Shown here: one piece after another, positions 47,283 through 56,258 of the stretch
Layout: each line of letters begins with the position of its first letter
Position numbering within the stretch: position 1 is the stretch's first letter
Assembly (NCBI GenBank): GCA_024231215.1
Contig: JAAEQR010000195.1
Location: 142,755-206,754 of the forward strand
Source: PVC group bacterium
GTDB taxonomy: Bacteria > Omnitrophota > Gorgyraeia > B26-G9
Direction: 5' to 3'
Length of the DNA stretch: 64,000 nucleotides
Notes under the pieces: model-generated
The model's input: the letters and a program-made list of their open reading frames with translations, nothing else
What the model was told of the DNA's origin: nothing
Database searches by the model: none
Translations under genes and position numbers: made by a program

Positions 47283-49760
47283 ATGGCAAAACAGATATTA
47301 AAAAACGGATTTAGAAATATTTGCGTATATTTAACTTGTCTGGGGTTATTGTTAAGTGCGGCTTTGCCGATGGCAGTTGCCTATGAGCCCGATGAGGGTC
47401 GTGAAAAACTGAAACAGGTAATGCGGGATTCAGATCTTTCCGAAGAAGAATCTAATTTGCTAAATGAAGAAATGCAAGGGGATGAAGGGATAGAGGGTGA
47501 AGAACCGGAAGAAGCTGATCTTGGTGAAGAAAGCAAAGAAGATGAGAAGATGTTAGAAGAGGAAGAATTGGCCAAGAATATTCCGAATATATCTTCCCTG
47601 GAACAGATGTTTGAGGGGAAAGCATCGCTTGATCTTTCTCGTTCCATAAAACAGTTTGGATATGATATTTTTCAGGCATCTTCTACCTTTGCGCCGGTAC
47701 AAAATGTTCCGGTGGGGCCGGATTATGTTATTGGTTCCGGAGACAGCTTGATTGTTTATATCTGGGGGAAAGTTGTTCAGGAAACATTTAACGTAAAAGT
47801 AGACAGGGACGGCAAAATTACGTTACCTAAATCTGGTAATATCTATGTTTGGGGTTTAAAATTTTCTGAGGTTGAGAAGTTAATTAAAAACACACTTGCT
47901 CAGCATTATGCGAATTTACAGATTAGTGTGACTATGGGCAGGCTGCGATCGATAAAGGTGTTTGTTTTGGGTGATGTTACCCGGCCGGGAGCTTATACAA
48001 TGAGTTCACTTTCGACGGTGTTCCACTCTATCTATGAGGCTGGCGGCCCGACAAAATTAGGCAGTATGCGTTTTGTAAAGCTGATTCGGAATAATGAGAC
48101 TATCGATACGATTGATCTTTATAACTTTTTGTTAGAAGGGGATAAAAGTCAGGATCATAAGCTGCTTTCTAATGATACGATATTTGTTCCTTCGATTGGC
48201 CGGGTTGCCGGTGTTGCCGGAAGAGTAAAACGCCCGGGTATTTATGAGATAACGCAGGATGTGAAAATGAGTGAGCTGATAAAAATGAGCGGCGGGCTTA
48301 CACCTGAAGGTTATGTTCAGCGTATACAATTAGAACGTATTCAGGAGCGTCAGCGTAGAGTGGTTATTGATCTAAAATTAAAAGATATTGATGAATTAGA
48401 AAATTCTCAGGAGGATATTGCCATTCAGGATGGTGATTTAGTGCTGATTTTTTCTATTCTGCCTGAAAAATATAATTTTGTTTCAGTAAGTGGTAATGTG
48501 TTTAGACCGGGAGATTATGAATTTACAGCGCAAATGAGAGTTAAGGACTTGCTGGATAATGCCGGAGGTATTTCCGTGGGGACTTACTTGGAAAGAGCTG
48601 AACTTTTTAGATATAAAGATGATCGTTCTAGAGAAGTCATCCCTGTGAATTTAAAAGTACTTTTACAGGGAAAAGACGAAAAGGAAAATTTATTATTGCA
48701 GGACTGGGACGATTTGGTGGTTTACGCGAAAAGTGATGTTTTGCCGGAGCGCTATGTACAGATAAGCGGGGCAATATATAAGCCGGGTGAGTATGAGCTT
48801 ACTTCGAACATGAAGATCAATGATTTAATTTTTAGGGCTGGAAATTTAAAACAAACAGCTTCTTTAGCGAATGCGGAATTATTTCGCGTGGGCAACGGAG
48901 AAGGGACAAAAATATACAGCCTTGATCTTTCTAAAAAAATAGGGGGAGATAGCTGCCCTTATAAGATATTACTTCATGAGGATGATCACTTATATATCAG
49001 AGAAGAAAAGGAGCGGAGAGAGAAGAGGATAATTACACTTAAAGGGGAAGTGAAGTTTCCCGGGGAATATGTGGCTGCGAAAGATGAGAGTTTAAGTTCA
49101 ATTGTTAAGCGTGCCGGTGGGTTTACAAAAGAGGCATTTTTAAAAGGTGCGGTTTTTACACGTGAATCTGTAAAGGAAGTTCAGCAGCAAATGGTGGATA
49201 GATTTATTGCCTCGGAGAAAAAATCGCTTCTGCAGCTTGAATCTAAATTGGAGAAGAGTGATATTTCGCAGGCAGAACAGCAGGAAAAAGAAACTACATT
49301 CCAGCGCAGAAAAGAACTAGTGGAGCTTGTATCTTCGATAGAGGTTGTGGGGCGTATGGTGATTGATCTGAAAGATCCTTATGAGTTGAGTGGTACACAG
49401 AGTGATGTAGTGATTGAAGACGAAGATATATTGTATGTCCCTCCGGTGCCTTCTTCAGTCCAGATTGTGGGCAGTGTATATAATCCAACATCTGTTGTTT
49501 TCGAAACGGAAAAGACAATGAAATATTATTTGAAGAAGGCGGGTGGTTTCACTAAAAACGCTGATAAAAAATCGATTTATATTGTACGTGCAAATGGAGA
49601 AGTTGAATCGGAATTTGTACGAATACAGGAAGTAGACAAAGGGGATACGATTGTAGTTCCCGAAGAGTTTAAGACAAAGACACAATGGGGTAAACTGTGG
49701 CTAGATACAACACAGATAATGTATAACATGGCTGTGGGTGCTGCGGTGGTATTGGACTAA
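47283..49760 (+). CDS. Polysaccharide export protein (Wza/Poly_export family) with multiple SLBB domains, 825 aa, signal peptide
   Basis: Signal peptide, ...PVGPDYVIGSGDSLIVYIWGK...DGKITLPKSGNIYVWGLKFSEVEKLIKN (Poly_export motif). Repeated PG.Y soluble-ligand-binding beta-grasp-like units (VRPGDYEFT, YKPGEYELT, KFPGEYVAA). Confidence 0.8.
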   Translation: MAKQILKNGFRNICVYLTCLGLLLSAALPMAVAYEPDEGREKLKQVMRDSDLSEEESNLLNEEMQGDEGIEGEEPEEADLGEESKEDEKMLEEEELAKNIPNISSLEQMFEGKASLDLSRSIKQFGYDIFQASSTFAPVQNVPVGPDYVIGSGDSLIVYIWGKVVQETFNVKVDRDGKITLPKSGNIYVWGLKFSEVEKLIKNTLAQHYANLQISVTMGRLRSIKVFVLGDVTRPGAYTMSSLSTVFHSIYEAGGPTKLGSMRFVKLIRNNETIDTIDLYNFLLEGDKSQDHKLLSNDTIFVPSIGRVAGVAGRVKRPGIYEITQDVKMSELIKMSGGLTPEGYVQRIQLERIQERQRRVVIDLKLKDIDELENSQEDIAIQDGDLVLIFSILPEKYNFVSVSGNVFRPGDYEFTAQMRVKDLLDNAGGISVGTYLERAELFRYKDDRSREVIPVNLKVLLQGKDEKENLLLQDWDDLVVYAKSDVLPERYVQISGAIYKPGEYELTSNMKINDLIFRAGNLKQTASLANAELFRVGNGEGTKIYSLDLSKKIGGDSCPYKILLHEDDHLYIREEKERREKRIITLKGEVKFPGEYVAAKDESLSSIVKRAGGFTKEAFLKGAVFTRESVKEVQQQMVDRFIASEKKSLLQLESKLEKSDISQAEQQEKETTFQRRKELVELVSSIEVVGRMVIDLKDPYELSGTQSDVVIEDEDILYVPPVPSSVQIVGSVYNPTSVVFETEKTMKYYLKKAGGFTKNADKKSIYIVRANGEVESEFVRIQEVDKGDTIVVPEEFKTKTQWGKLWLDTTQIMYNMAVGAAVVLD

Positions 49761-49788
49761 TCTCGTATTTAGTATCTAGTATCTCGTG
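49761..49788. repeat. Four tandem heptamers (tctcgta tttagta tctagta tctcgtg) starting 1 nt after the Wza-like stop codon
   Basis: Read directly from sequence. Confidence 0.5.
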
Positions 49789-49840
49789 AATGGGGTAAAT
49801 CTTGTAGAGACAGGGAGTGTCGGAGATTAAAATATAAAGG

Positions 49841-51385
49841 ATGATGTTGAAAAAGAAACAGTTAATTGTTTTATATATTTTTGCATTTTTTTTGATAGCA
49901 TCGAATATTTATGCTGGGGATTTGCAGCTTGGGAGTAGTAGTTATGATGATCTGGATAAGCTGGTTGTTTGCGGCTTAGCAGAAATGTCTGAAGTTGGAC
50001 CTAAGCCTGTTTCACGCTTAAGAGCTGCCGGGGTTGTGGTCGAAGCGGTGTACAGGATCCGAGAAAAAGATGTTGAACATGTTATATATTCGCATGATTT
50101 AGAAAGTGCTCTTTTGCGTTTAAGTAAAGAATTGCGTCTGGAAGTAGATATGATCGCACCCGGATTATTTAGTTCAGAAAAAGAAGAAGCAAAATTTATC
50201 AGTTCTTTGATTGTTTTGGAAAAGCGTTTGGACTGTGGGGTATTTGATAAGGTCAAAACATATGATGTGCCGAATGCTTACGGCCGCAAGACATTTGACG
50301 GAGGGAATGCCCAGATATCAGCAAAAGGTGATTTTTACTATGGGGAGAACTTAAGTTTTTCTCTGGAACCAATATTATTTTATGGGGCGGAAGAGAGAGA
50401 AACACTTCTACACCAGGCATATTGTGCGATAGGCTATTCTAACTTAGAGCTTAAATTAGGTCGAATGCCGATGTGGTATGGAAATGGATATCATGGCAGT
50501 TTACTTCTTTCCAATAACAGCTCTCCGTTTGAAACAATAGAGATAAAAAACAGGGAGTCTTTTTTACTGCCAGGATTTTTGGAATACTTAGGCTTGTTTA
50601 ATACTCAGGTTTTTCTGGCTCGCTTAAGCGCAGACCGGGAATTTCCTCGATTATCTTTTATTGGTACAAGAGTAGAGATGTATCCATTTTCGTTTGTCGG
50701 AGTTGGGGTTAATCATACGGCGATGTTTGGCGGTAAGGGCAACGGTGGTTTAAACGGAGAAAATTGGCTCGAGAATTTTATTGCTAATGGCGCGGGATCA
50801 ACTGCTGATGCAGCCAACCATCTTACTTCTATTGATATGCAGGTAGTTTTGCCTGCGTATTTACATGAATATTTTCCTTTGGCTAACGGCTTGAAAGTTT
50901 TTGCTGAAATGGGAGCAGAAGATAGCGGGGCTGACGCAGGCCTGGATTTTACGCACAAAGGCTATTTGTGCGGGGCTTATTTGCCTGGGCTTTTTAAAAT
51001 TGATACAGTTGATTTGCGTTTAGAATTTGCCCAAACTGATAGTGTTTGGTATGTTCACGGTAGGTTGGTTGATGGATATACTTATAAAAGAGATGTTATC
51101 GGTCATCATATGGGGACAGATGCCCAGGATATCTTTGCCCAGATAAGTTGGCATCTTTATGAAAACCTATTGTTTAAGTTTGCTCTTAATCGGGAACAGA
51201 GGTTGAGAACTCAACCGATATCAGAAACAAGGAATGAATTGAATATCAGCATGGAGCATGATTTCCGGAAACATTGGACGATACTGTGCGGATATTCTTT
51301 TATTGATATTACTAATTTAGAAAATATAAGTGGTAGGGACGATATAATCCACATTTTTTCTGTGGGCAGCAAATACCGGTTTTGA
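49841..51385 (+). CDS. Secreted protein, probable outer-membrane beta-barrel associated with polysaccharide export (Wzi/porin-like; family not resolved)
   Basis: Signal peptide MMLKKKQLIVLYIFAFFLIASNIYA, alternating amphipathic strands, aromatic-rich, C-terminal ...FSVGSKYRF ending in Phe. Confidence 0.35.
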   Translation: MMLKKKQLIVLYIFAFFLIASNIYAGDLQLGSSSYDDLDKLVVCGLAEMSEVGPKPVSRLRAAGVVVEAVYRIREKDVEHVIYSHDLESALLRLSKELRLEVDMIAPGLFSSEKEEAKFISSLIVLEKRLDCGVFDKVKTYDVPNAYGRKTFDGGNAQISAKGDFYYGENLSFSLEPILFYGAEERETLLHQAYCAIGYSNLELKLGRMPMWYGNGYHGSLLLSNNSSPFETIEIKNRESFLLPGFLEYLGLFNTQVFLARLSADREFPRLSFIGTRVEMYPFSFVGVGVNHTAMFGGKGNGGLNGENWLENFIANGAGSTADAANHLTSIDMQVVLPAYLHEYFPLANGLKVFAEMGAEDSGADAGLDFTHKGYLCGAYLPGLFKIDTVDLRLEFAQTDSVWYVHGRLVDGYTYKRDVIGHHMGTDAQDIFAQISWHLYENLLFKFALNREQRLRTQPISETRNELNISMEHDFRKHWTILCGYSFIDITNLENISGRDDIIHIFSVGSKYRF

Positions 51386-51429
51386 TAGATTTTAGAATGT
51401 CTCGCATTTAGCGGGATTAATTCGCGCAA

Positions 51430-51463
51430 ATGATTTACGTCATAGAAATAATCCGTAAATCAT
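51430..51463 (+). terminator. Perfect 10-bp inverted repeat (ATGATTTACG...CGTAAATCAT) with a 14-nt spacer in the gap before the wzz-like gene; terminator/attenuator or palindromic operator
   Basis: Read from sequence. Flanked by GCGC on both sides (extends pairing). Followed by gcgcttatt and the RBS of the 51488 ORF. Confidence 0.35.
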
Positions 51464-51487
51464 GCGCTTATTAAGAAAGGGAAAAAC

Positions 51488-52186
51488 ATGGAAGAAAGAG
51501 AAATGCGAGACGAAGATGAGCTTAATCTATTGGATTTTTTCAGGGTGATATGGAAATATAAAATTCTGATCGTTCTTATCGTAATAGCAACTTGTACTAT
51601 ATCTTGGGTAAATAATATTAGGGCTCCGAAAATATATGAGTCTACAGCTACAGCTCTTCCTCCTGAAAGTGAAACTAAGTCCATGGGTTCATTGTCTCAA
51701 TTTACGCAAGGTGTTGTGGGTCAAATGCTTCCTAGCTTATCTTACGGGTCATCAACCAATATGGTTCTGGCCATGTTGAAGAGCCGGCGCATGGCTGAAG
51801 ATATTATTAAAAATTATGGTTTAAAAAAACGTTGGAAAGCTGAATTTCTTATTGATGCGATTGGAAGAATTAAAGGGAATACTCGTATTTCTGTATCAGA
51901 GGAAGGGGTTATTGCGATAGCCGTAGAATCAGAAGATTCTCAGCTTGCTGCTAATATCGCAAATTTTTATGTATCTAATCTTAATACAATGAATGAACAG
52001 CTCGAACTTAGTTCTTCAAAGCCGGTTGTAAGAAGTATTGATATAGCTAAACCAGCGGAGAAGAAATCAAAACCGGTAATCAGAAAGAACGTGATGATGG
52101 CTGGGCTGGGAGCTTTGTTATTGGGAATATTCCTGGCTTTTTTAAAAGAATATATTAATAGACATAAAGAAAAACTTAACGTATAA
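51488..52186 (+). CDS. Wzz-like polysaccharide chain-length determinant (short form, no tyrosine-kinase domain)
   Basis: LNLLDFFRVIWKYKILIVLIVIATCTI (N-terminal TM), periplasmic coiled region, C-terminal TM MMAGLGALLLGIFLAFLKEY. 232 aa. Confidence 0.65.
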   Translation: MEEREMRDEDELNLLDFFRVIWKYKILIVLIVIATCTISWVNNIRAPKIYESTATALPPESETKSMGSLSQFTQGVVGQMLPSLSYGSSTNMVLAMLKSRRMAEDIIKNYGLKKRWKAEFLIDAIGRIKGNTRISVSEEGVIAIAVESEDSQLAANIANFYVSNLNTMNEQLELSSSKPVVRSIDIAKPAEKKSKPVIRKNVMMAGLGALLLGIFLAFLKEYINRHKEKLNV

Positions 52187-52198
52187 TACGACCTTCCT

Positions 52199-52771
52199 AT
52201 GAATAAAGAAATTTTAAATTTATTTGCTGAAACTGGCTTGCTCAAAAGAGTTAAGAGAACAGGTTGGTGGGTGATCGGGATTAAAGATCCGGAAAGCGTA
52301 GCGGAGCATTCCTTTCGCTGTGCGGTGATCGGGTATGTGCTGGCAAAGATGGAGAAGGCTCAGGTGCATTCTGCGACGATGATGTGTCTTTTTAATGACT
52401 TACATGAGGCTAGGACAAACGATCATCATAAAATGAATATCCGTTATATAGATCATAAAAAAGCGGAAGATAAAGCCTTTAAAGAGCAAGTACAATCTTT
52501 ACCCAAAGGGCTTAAAGACGAGATGTGGGGTTGGCGTACCGAATACACAGGCCAAAAGACAAAAGAAAGTCTTATTGCGCGTGACGCGGATATTTTAGAA
52601 TGTTTAATCCAGGCAAAAGAATATCTGGATCAGGGAGTTCCCCAGGCAAAGTTGTTTTTCCAGAAAGCGCCGAAATTTTTAAAGACAAAAAGTGCTAAAG
52701 CATTATGGAAAAGTTTGCAGAAATGGGATAGTAGTAAGTGGTGGCAGAAAGTTTGCGAGTTCGAGAGATAA
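52199..52771 (+). CDS. HD-domain metal-dependent phosphohydrolase (YfbR-like)
   Basis: ESVAEHSFRCAVIGYVLA...LFNDLHEARTNDHH (H...HD...D arrangement). Confidence 0.55.
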   Translation: MNKEILNLFAETGLLKRVKRTGWWVIGIKDPESVAEHSFRCAVIGYVLAKMEKAQVHSATMMCLFNDLHEARTNDHHKMNIRYIDHKKAEDKAFKEQVQSLPKGLKDEMWGWRTEYTGQKTKESLIARDADILECLIQAKEYLDQGVPQAKLFFQKAPKFLKTKSAKALWKSLQKWDSSKWWQKVCEFER

Positions 52772-52786
52772 ACGAGGAGTATTATT

Positions 52787-53263
52787 ATGGCTGCAGGAGA
52801 TGTATTTTTAACACGTGATGGATATGAAAAATTAAAAAAAGAATATGAACATCTAAAAAAAGTAAAACGTCCGGAAATATCAAGGGCAATAGAAAAGGCA
52901 AGAGAATTTGGAGATCTGAAAGAAAACGCAGAATATCATGCGGCTAAAGAAGCTATGGGCATGAGCGAAGCGCGGATTTCTGAACTCGAAGATATAATTA
53001 GCCGTGGCCGGATAGTGGATGATGAGAATATAGATAAAGATAAAGTATTGCTTGGCGCGACAGTAAAGATTCGTGATGTTGCCGATAATGAAATAGAAGA
53101 ATATATGCTTGTCTCAGAGGCAGAAGCTGACTTTAGCCAAAACAAGATATCAACGGCTTCTCCGTTAGGGCAGGGTATTCTAGGGCATAAAAAAGGTGAT
53201 ATTGTGCAGGTGAAGATTCCCGCTGGCATGATGACAATTGAAATATTGGAAATAACAAGATAG
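52787..53263 (+). CDS. greA: Transcription elongation factor GreA
   Basis: LTRDGYEKLKKEYEHLKKVKRPEISRAIEKAREFGDLKENAEYHAAKEAMGMSEARISELEDII...SPLGQGILGHKKGDIV. 158 aa. GAGGAG RBS. Confidence 0.9.
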   Translation: MAAGDVFLTRDGYEKLKKEYEHLKKVKRPEISRAIEKAREFGDLKENAEYHAAKEAMGMSEARISELEDIISRGRIVDDENIDKDKVLLGATVKIRDVADNEIEEYMLVSEAEADFSQNKISTASPLGQGILGHKKGDIVQVKIPAGMMTIEILEITR

Positions 53264-53271
53264 AGAAACAG

Positions 53272-53300
53272 TCGATAGTCAATGGTCAATAGTCTATAGA
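53272..53300. repeat. Four tandem heptamers (cgatagt caatggt caatagt ctataga) of the same AATAGTC-type unit as in the dnaK-dnaJ spacer, starting 9 nt after the greA stop
   Basis: Read directly from sequence. The unit is a phase-shifted AATAGTC. Confidence 0.55.
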
Positions 53301-53337
53301 AAAACAAAACAAATAGAAAAAATACAATGTCCTGTAG

Positions 53338-53357
53338 GGGCGGCCGGCTGGCCGCCC
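53338..53357 (+). terminator. Intrinsic terminator candidate after greA (GGGCGGCC-ggct-GGCCGCCC, then gttattaatatatt)
   Basis: 8-bp all-G/C stem with a 4-nt loop and an A/U-rich tail. Confidence 0.5.
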
Positions 53358-53383
53358 GTTATTAATATATTGGGAGTTTAAAT

Positions 53384-54367
53384 ATGAACAAACAGGTTAG
53401 GGCCATTGGCCTTTTATCCGGGGGATTAGATAGTATTCTTGCGATTAAAGTTGTTCAACAACAGGGTATAGAAGTCACCGGGCTTTCTTTTGTTACCCCG
53501 TTCTTTAACGCTAACGCTGCTCAAAAAGCAGCGGATCAACTTGGGGTTCCCCTTATTATTAAAGATATTACCGCAGAGCATTTCAAAATAGTTAAAAACC
53601 CACCGCATGGCTATGGCAAAACTATGAATCCCTGTATAGATTGTCATGCTTTAATGGTTAAGATTGCCGGGGGGATAATGCAAGGGGAAGGTTTTGATTT
53701 TATCTTTACCGGAGAAGTTCTTAATGAACGACCTATGTCGCAAAACAGAGCGTCTTTGGAGATCGTGGCCAAAACTTCCGGGTATAAAGAGTACTTGATA
53801 CGTCCTTTAAGCGCGAAATTTTTAAACCAGACAAAGCCGGAGCAAGAAGGAATAGTAGATCACAGTAAATTTTTAGATCTTCAGGGGCGCTCCAGGAAAA
53901 GGCAGATAGCTATGGCTCGGGAGTTTGGGGTAAAAGAGTATCCTAACCCTGCAGGCGGCTGTTTGCTTACAGATAAAGGCTTTTCCAATCGTCTTCGGGA
54001 ATTATTGTCCTACAATGAAGATCCTAGTGTTAGAGAGCTGAGGCTTTTGAGACTTGGACGCCACTTTCGTCTGGCTGATACAGCTAAGTTGATTGTCGGT
54101 AGAAATCAACAAGAGAATGAGGTATTGGAATCCTTATTTGAATCGCAAGGTTATATGATTATGACCGACGATGAGATTTCCGGGCCAACATGTCTATTAA
54201 TCGGAGATAACTTATCTGAGTATTTGGAAAGATGTGCACTTATTTGTGCGGCTTATAGTGATGTGGCACCTGGCATAGAATGTCCGGTGAATATAAAGCA
54301 TGCTAGTAAGGTAAGTAAAACAACTGTGATTACAGATAGATCCCACCGAGAGACAGATAGAATTTAA
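53384..54367 (+). CDS. PP-loop superfamily ATP pyrophosphatase (ThiI/MnmA-like; probable tRNA thiolation or related sulfur/nitrogen transferase)
   Basis: AIGLLSGGLDSILAIKV (SGGxDS PP-loop) and NPCIDCH cysteine motif. 327 aa. Confidence 0.5.
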   Translation: MNKQVRAIGLLSGGLDSILAIKVVQQQGIEVTGLSFVTPFFNANAAQKAADQLGVPLIIKDITAEHFKIVKNPPHGYGKTMNPCIDCHALMVKIAGGIMQGEGFDFIFTGEVLNERPMSQNRASLEIVAKTSGYKEYLIRPLSAKFLNQTKPEQEGIVDHSKFLDLQGRSRKRQIAMAREFGVKEYPNPAGGCLLTDKGFSNRLRELLSYNEDPSVRELRLLRLGRHFRLADTAKLIVGRNQQENEVLESLFESQGYMIMTDDEISGPTCLLIGDNLSEYLERCALICAAYSDVAPGIECPVNIKHASKVSKTTVITDRSHRETDRI

Positions 54368-54400
54368 GAGAACTGTATATAAATAATTCAAAAATCTCTC

Positions 54401-54541
54401 TTTTCGCTAAGCTCGCTACGACTTCCTGTCTTGCGACCGCGCGTTTTCACTATTTTAACATCCTTGTTAAAATTACGTTCAAAAGCGTCGCTTAAACCTT
54501 TAAGGGTTCCACGAGTGTAGCGAAGTGCAAGAGAATTTTTC
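54401..54541. repeat. Copy B of the roughly 105-nt conserved intergenic element (with a roughly 35-nt insertion), 3' of the PP-loop ATPase gene
   Basis: cgctaagctcgctacgacttcctgtcttgcgaccgcgcgttttcactattttaacatccttgttaaaattacgttcaaaagcgtcgcttaaac...gagaattttt, co-linear with 1980-2081. Confidence 0.55.
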
Positions 54542-54574
54542 GATTATTTATCATCGAGTTTTAGGAAAATAAAA

Positions 54575-54604
54575 AAGGGATAGAAGCAAGAGCCTCTATC
54601 CCTT
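54575..54604 (-). terminator. Intrinsic terminator for the minus-strand lipoprotein gene (10-bp stem AAGGGATAGA/TCTATCCCTT; the T-run is on the minus strand)
   Basis: Hairpin read from sequence. The top strand upstream is aaaataaaaaa, which is a U-tract after the hairpin on the minus-strand transcript. Confidence 0.55.
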
Positions 54605-54621
54605 AAAATATATCTTATTAT

Positions 54622-55011
54622 TTATTCGTCATCTTCCATGTCTTCATCGTCGTCCATGTCGTCTTCATCTTCATCATCGACAGATTTTTTCTTGTTTTGG
54701 ATGTACAATTCTGGAAATGCCTGCAATTCTTCGCGTTTTCCCCATTGTGAGACCTGATCATTTAAGAAGTATATTTGATAAGTGGATTTTGATTTCTTAT
54801 CGTAGAATTCCCAGAGATCGAGTAAATTACCTTCAGCATCAACTTTAGAGGCTTTAGCTACAAAGCCGGTCTTGAAAATAGCTCTTACTTCTTCTTTATG
54901 CATGTTGATAGAAAGCTGGTTCATCTTGTCTAACATATTTCCACAACCGACAATGCTAAATACCATAATACTTACTAATAAAATTCCCCAAAATTTATTT
55001 TTTGCTGCCAT
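54622..55011 (-). CDS. Small lipoprotein with an extremely acidic C-terminal tail
   Basis: Signal peptide plus lipobox (SIMVFSIVGCG). C-terminus SVDDEDEDDMDDDEDMEDDE. AAAGGGG RBS on the minus strand. Confidence 0.6.
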   Translation of the reverse strand: MAAKNKFWGILLVSIMVFSIVGCGNMLDKMNQLSINMHKEEVRAIFKTGFVAKASKVDAEGNLLDLWEFYDKKSKSTYQIYFLNDQVSQWGKREELQAFPELYIQNKKKSVDDEDEDDMDDDEDMEDDE

Positions 55012-55156
55012 TGTTCCCCTTTCGTTTTTTACTAATAATTAAATTATAACGATCCATACCCTACAGGATTATATTACTATGTTACTATGTTTCTAGGTTT
55101 TGTCAAGAGAGTAGGTTGAATTGACAAATGAGCTTAAGAGGATTAAACTAAGGAAC

Positions 55157-56206
55157 ATGAAGTTAGGAAAAAAAGTCAAAAAGATATTGGTGTTTGGGCA
55201 TAGCAATATCGGAGATGTTTGCTATGATTTGATTGGTATTAAGCCATTACGGGAGGCTTTCCCGCATGCTCACATCAGCTTTGTTACCTCATTAAAAGCT
55301 CAGGAAGTGGTAAAGACTGTTTTTGCAATAGATGAAGTGATAATCTTTGATAAGCAGGGGAAAGACCGTGGTATGTTGAGATATCTCAGATTTATAGGTG
55401 AAATACGTAAGAATTGTTTTGATTTAAGTATTATTCTGCGTAGAATGCAAATGTATTATTTTTTCGGCATACCTGTGCAAATAAAAGCGCAAGAGGTCGA
55501 GCAAAGGCATGTTGCTTTACGAAATTTGCAGATACTGGAAGTGCTTGGCATAAAACCGGCAACTCCGGAATTTGGTACTTCGACGAAACTAAGCTCAGCA
55601 TCAATCATGAGCAAAGATAGTCGAATGATTGGTTTTAGTTTTTCAGATGAAGAAAATAAATTTACCCAAGAAAGATTGGGTGAGAAAAACCAGGACGAAT
55701 TATTTGTCGGAATCATGCCGTTTTCCGCCTGGAAATTAAAGTGCTGGCCTGTAGAAAAATGGAATGAATTGATTGAGTTTTTAACTGGTGAGTTAAAGGC
55801 CAAAGTTTTTGTTTTTGGCAAGACCGGGGATACTGCCTGGGAAACGGACTTTGTTAAGCGGATTTCAAAAGATGCTGTCTCTGTGATTAATAAATGCACT
55901 TTACGGCAAAGTCTGGCTATAATTAATAAATTAGATTTATTTGTTGGGGTTGATACCAGTTTACTGCACTTTGCTAGTTGTATGCAGGTGCCGGCGATCG
56001 GATTATACGGTCCGACCGATCATAAAGTTTTCTATCCGTTTTTTCATGAAGATTATGCAATTGTTTCTAAGGATCAGTTAAAATGTGCGCCTTGTTATCG
56101 TCAGTCGGAAGTAGGCCCTTGTGGGGTTAAGGATAATCCTGCCCAATGTATGATTGATATTGATATAAATCAGATTGTAGAAAAAATAAAAACAGTCTAT
56201 AGTTGA
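55157..56206 (+). CDS. Glycosyltransferase family 9 (ADP-heptose:LPS heptosyltransferase-like)
   Basis: KILVFGHSNIGDVCYDLIGIKPLREAFPHAHISFV mirrors the GT9 N-terminus (ILIIR.S.LGDV..T.P.L..L...P.A.I). C-terminal ...GVDTSLLHFASCMQVPAIGLYGPT. The ORF-track TTG start at 55121 is also possible. Confidence 0.65.
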   Translation: MKLGKKVKKILVFGHSNIGDVCYDLIGIKPLREAFPHAHISFVTSLKAQEVVKTVFAIDEVIIFDKQGKDRGMLRYLRFIGEIRKNCFDLSIILRRMQMYYFFGIPVQIKAQEVEQRHVALRNLQILEVLGIKPATPEFGTSTKLSSASIMSKDSRMIGFSFSDEENKFTQERLGEKNQDELFVGIMPFSAWKLKCWPVEKWNELIEFLTGELKAKVFVFGKTGDTAWETDFVKRISKDAVSVINKCTLRQSLAIINKLDLFVGVDTSLLHFASCMQVPAIGLYGPTDHKVFYPFFHEDYAIVSKDQLKCAPCYRQSEVGPCGVKDNPAQCMIDIDINQIVEKIKTVYS

Positions 56207-56258
56207 TCGCTAATGGCTCATAGATAAAAAATTTCAAAAACAAAAAGATTGAGAAAAT

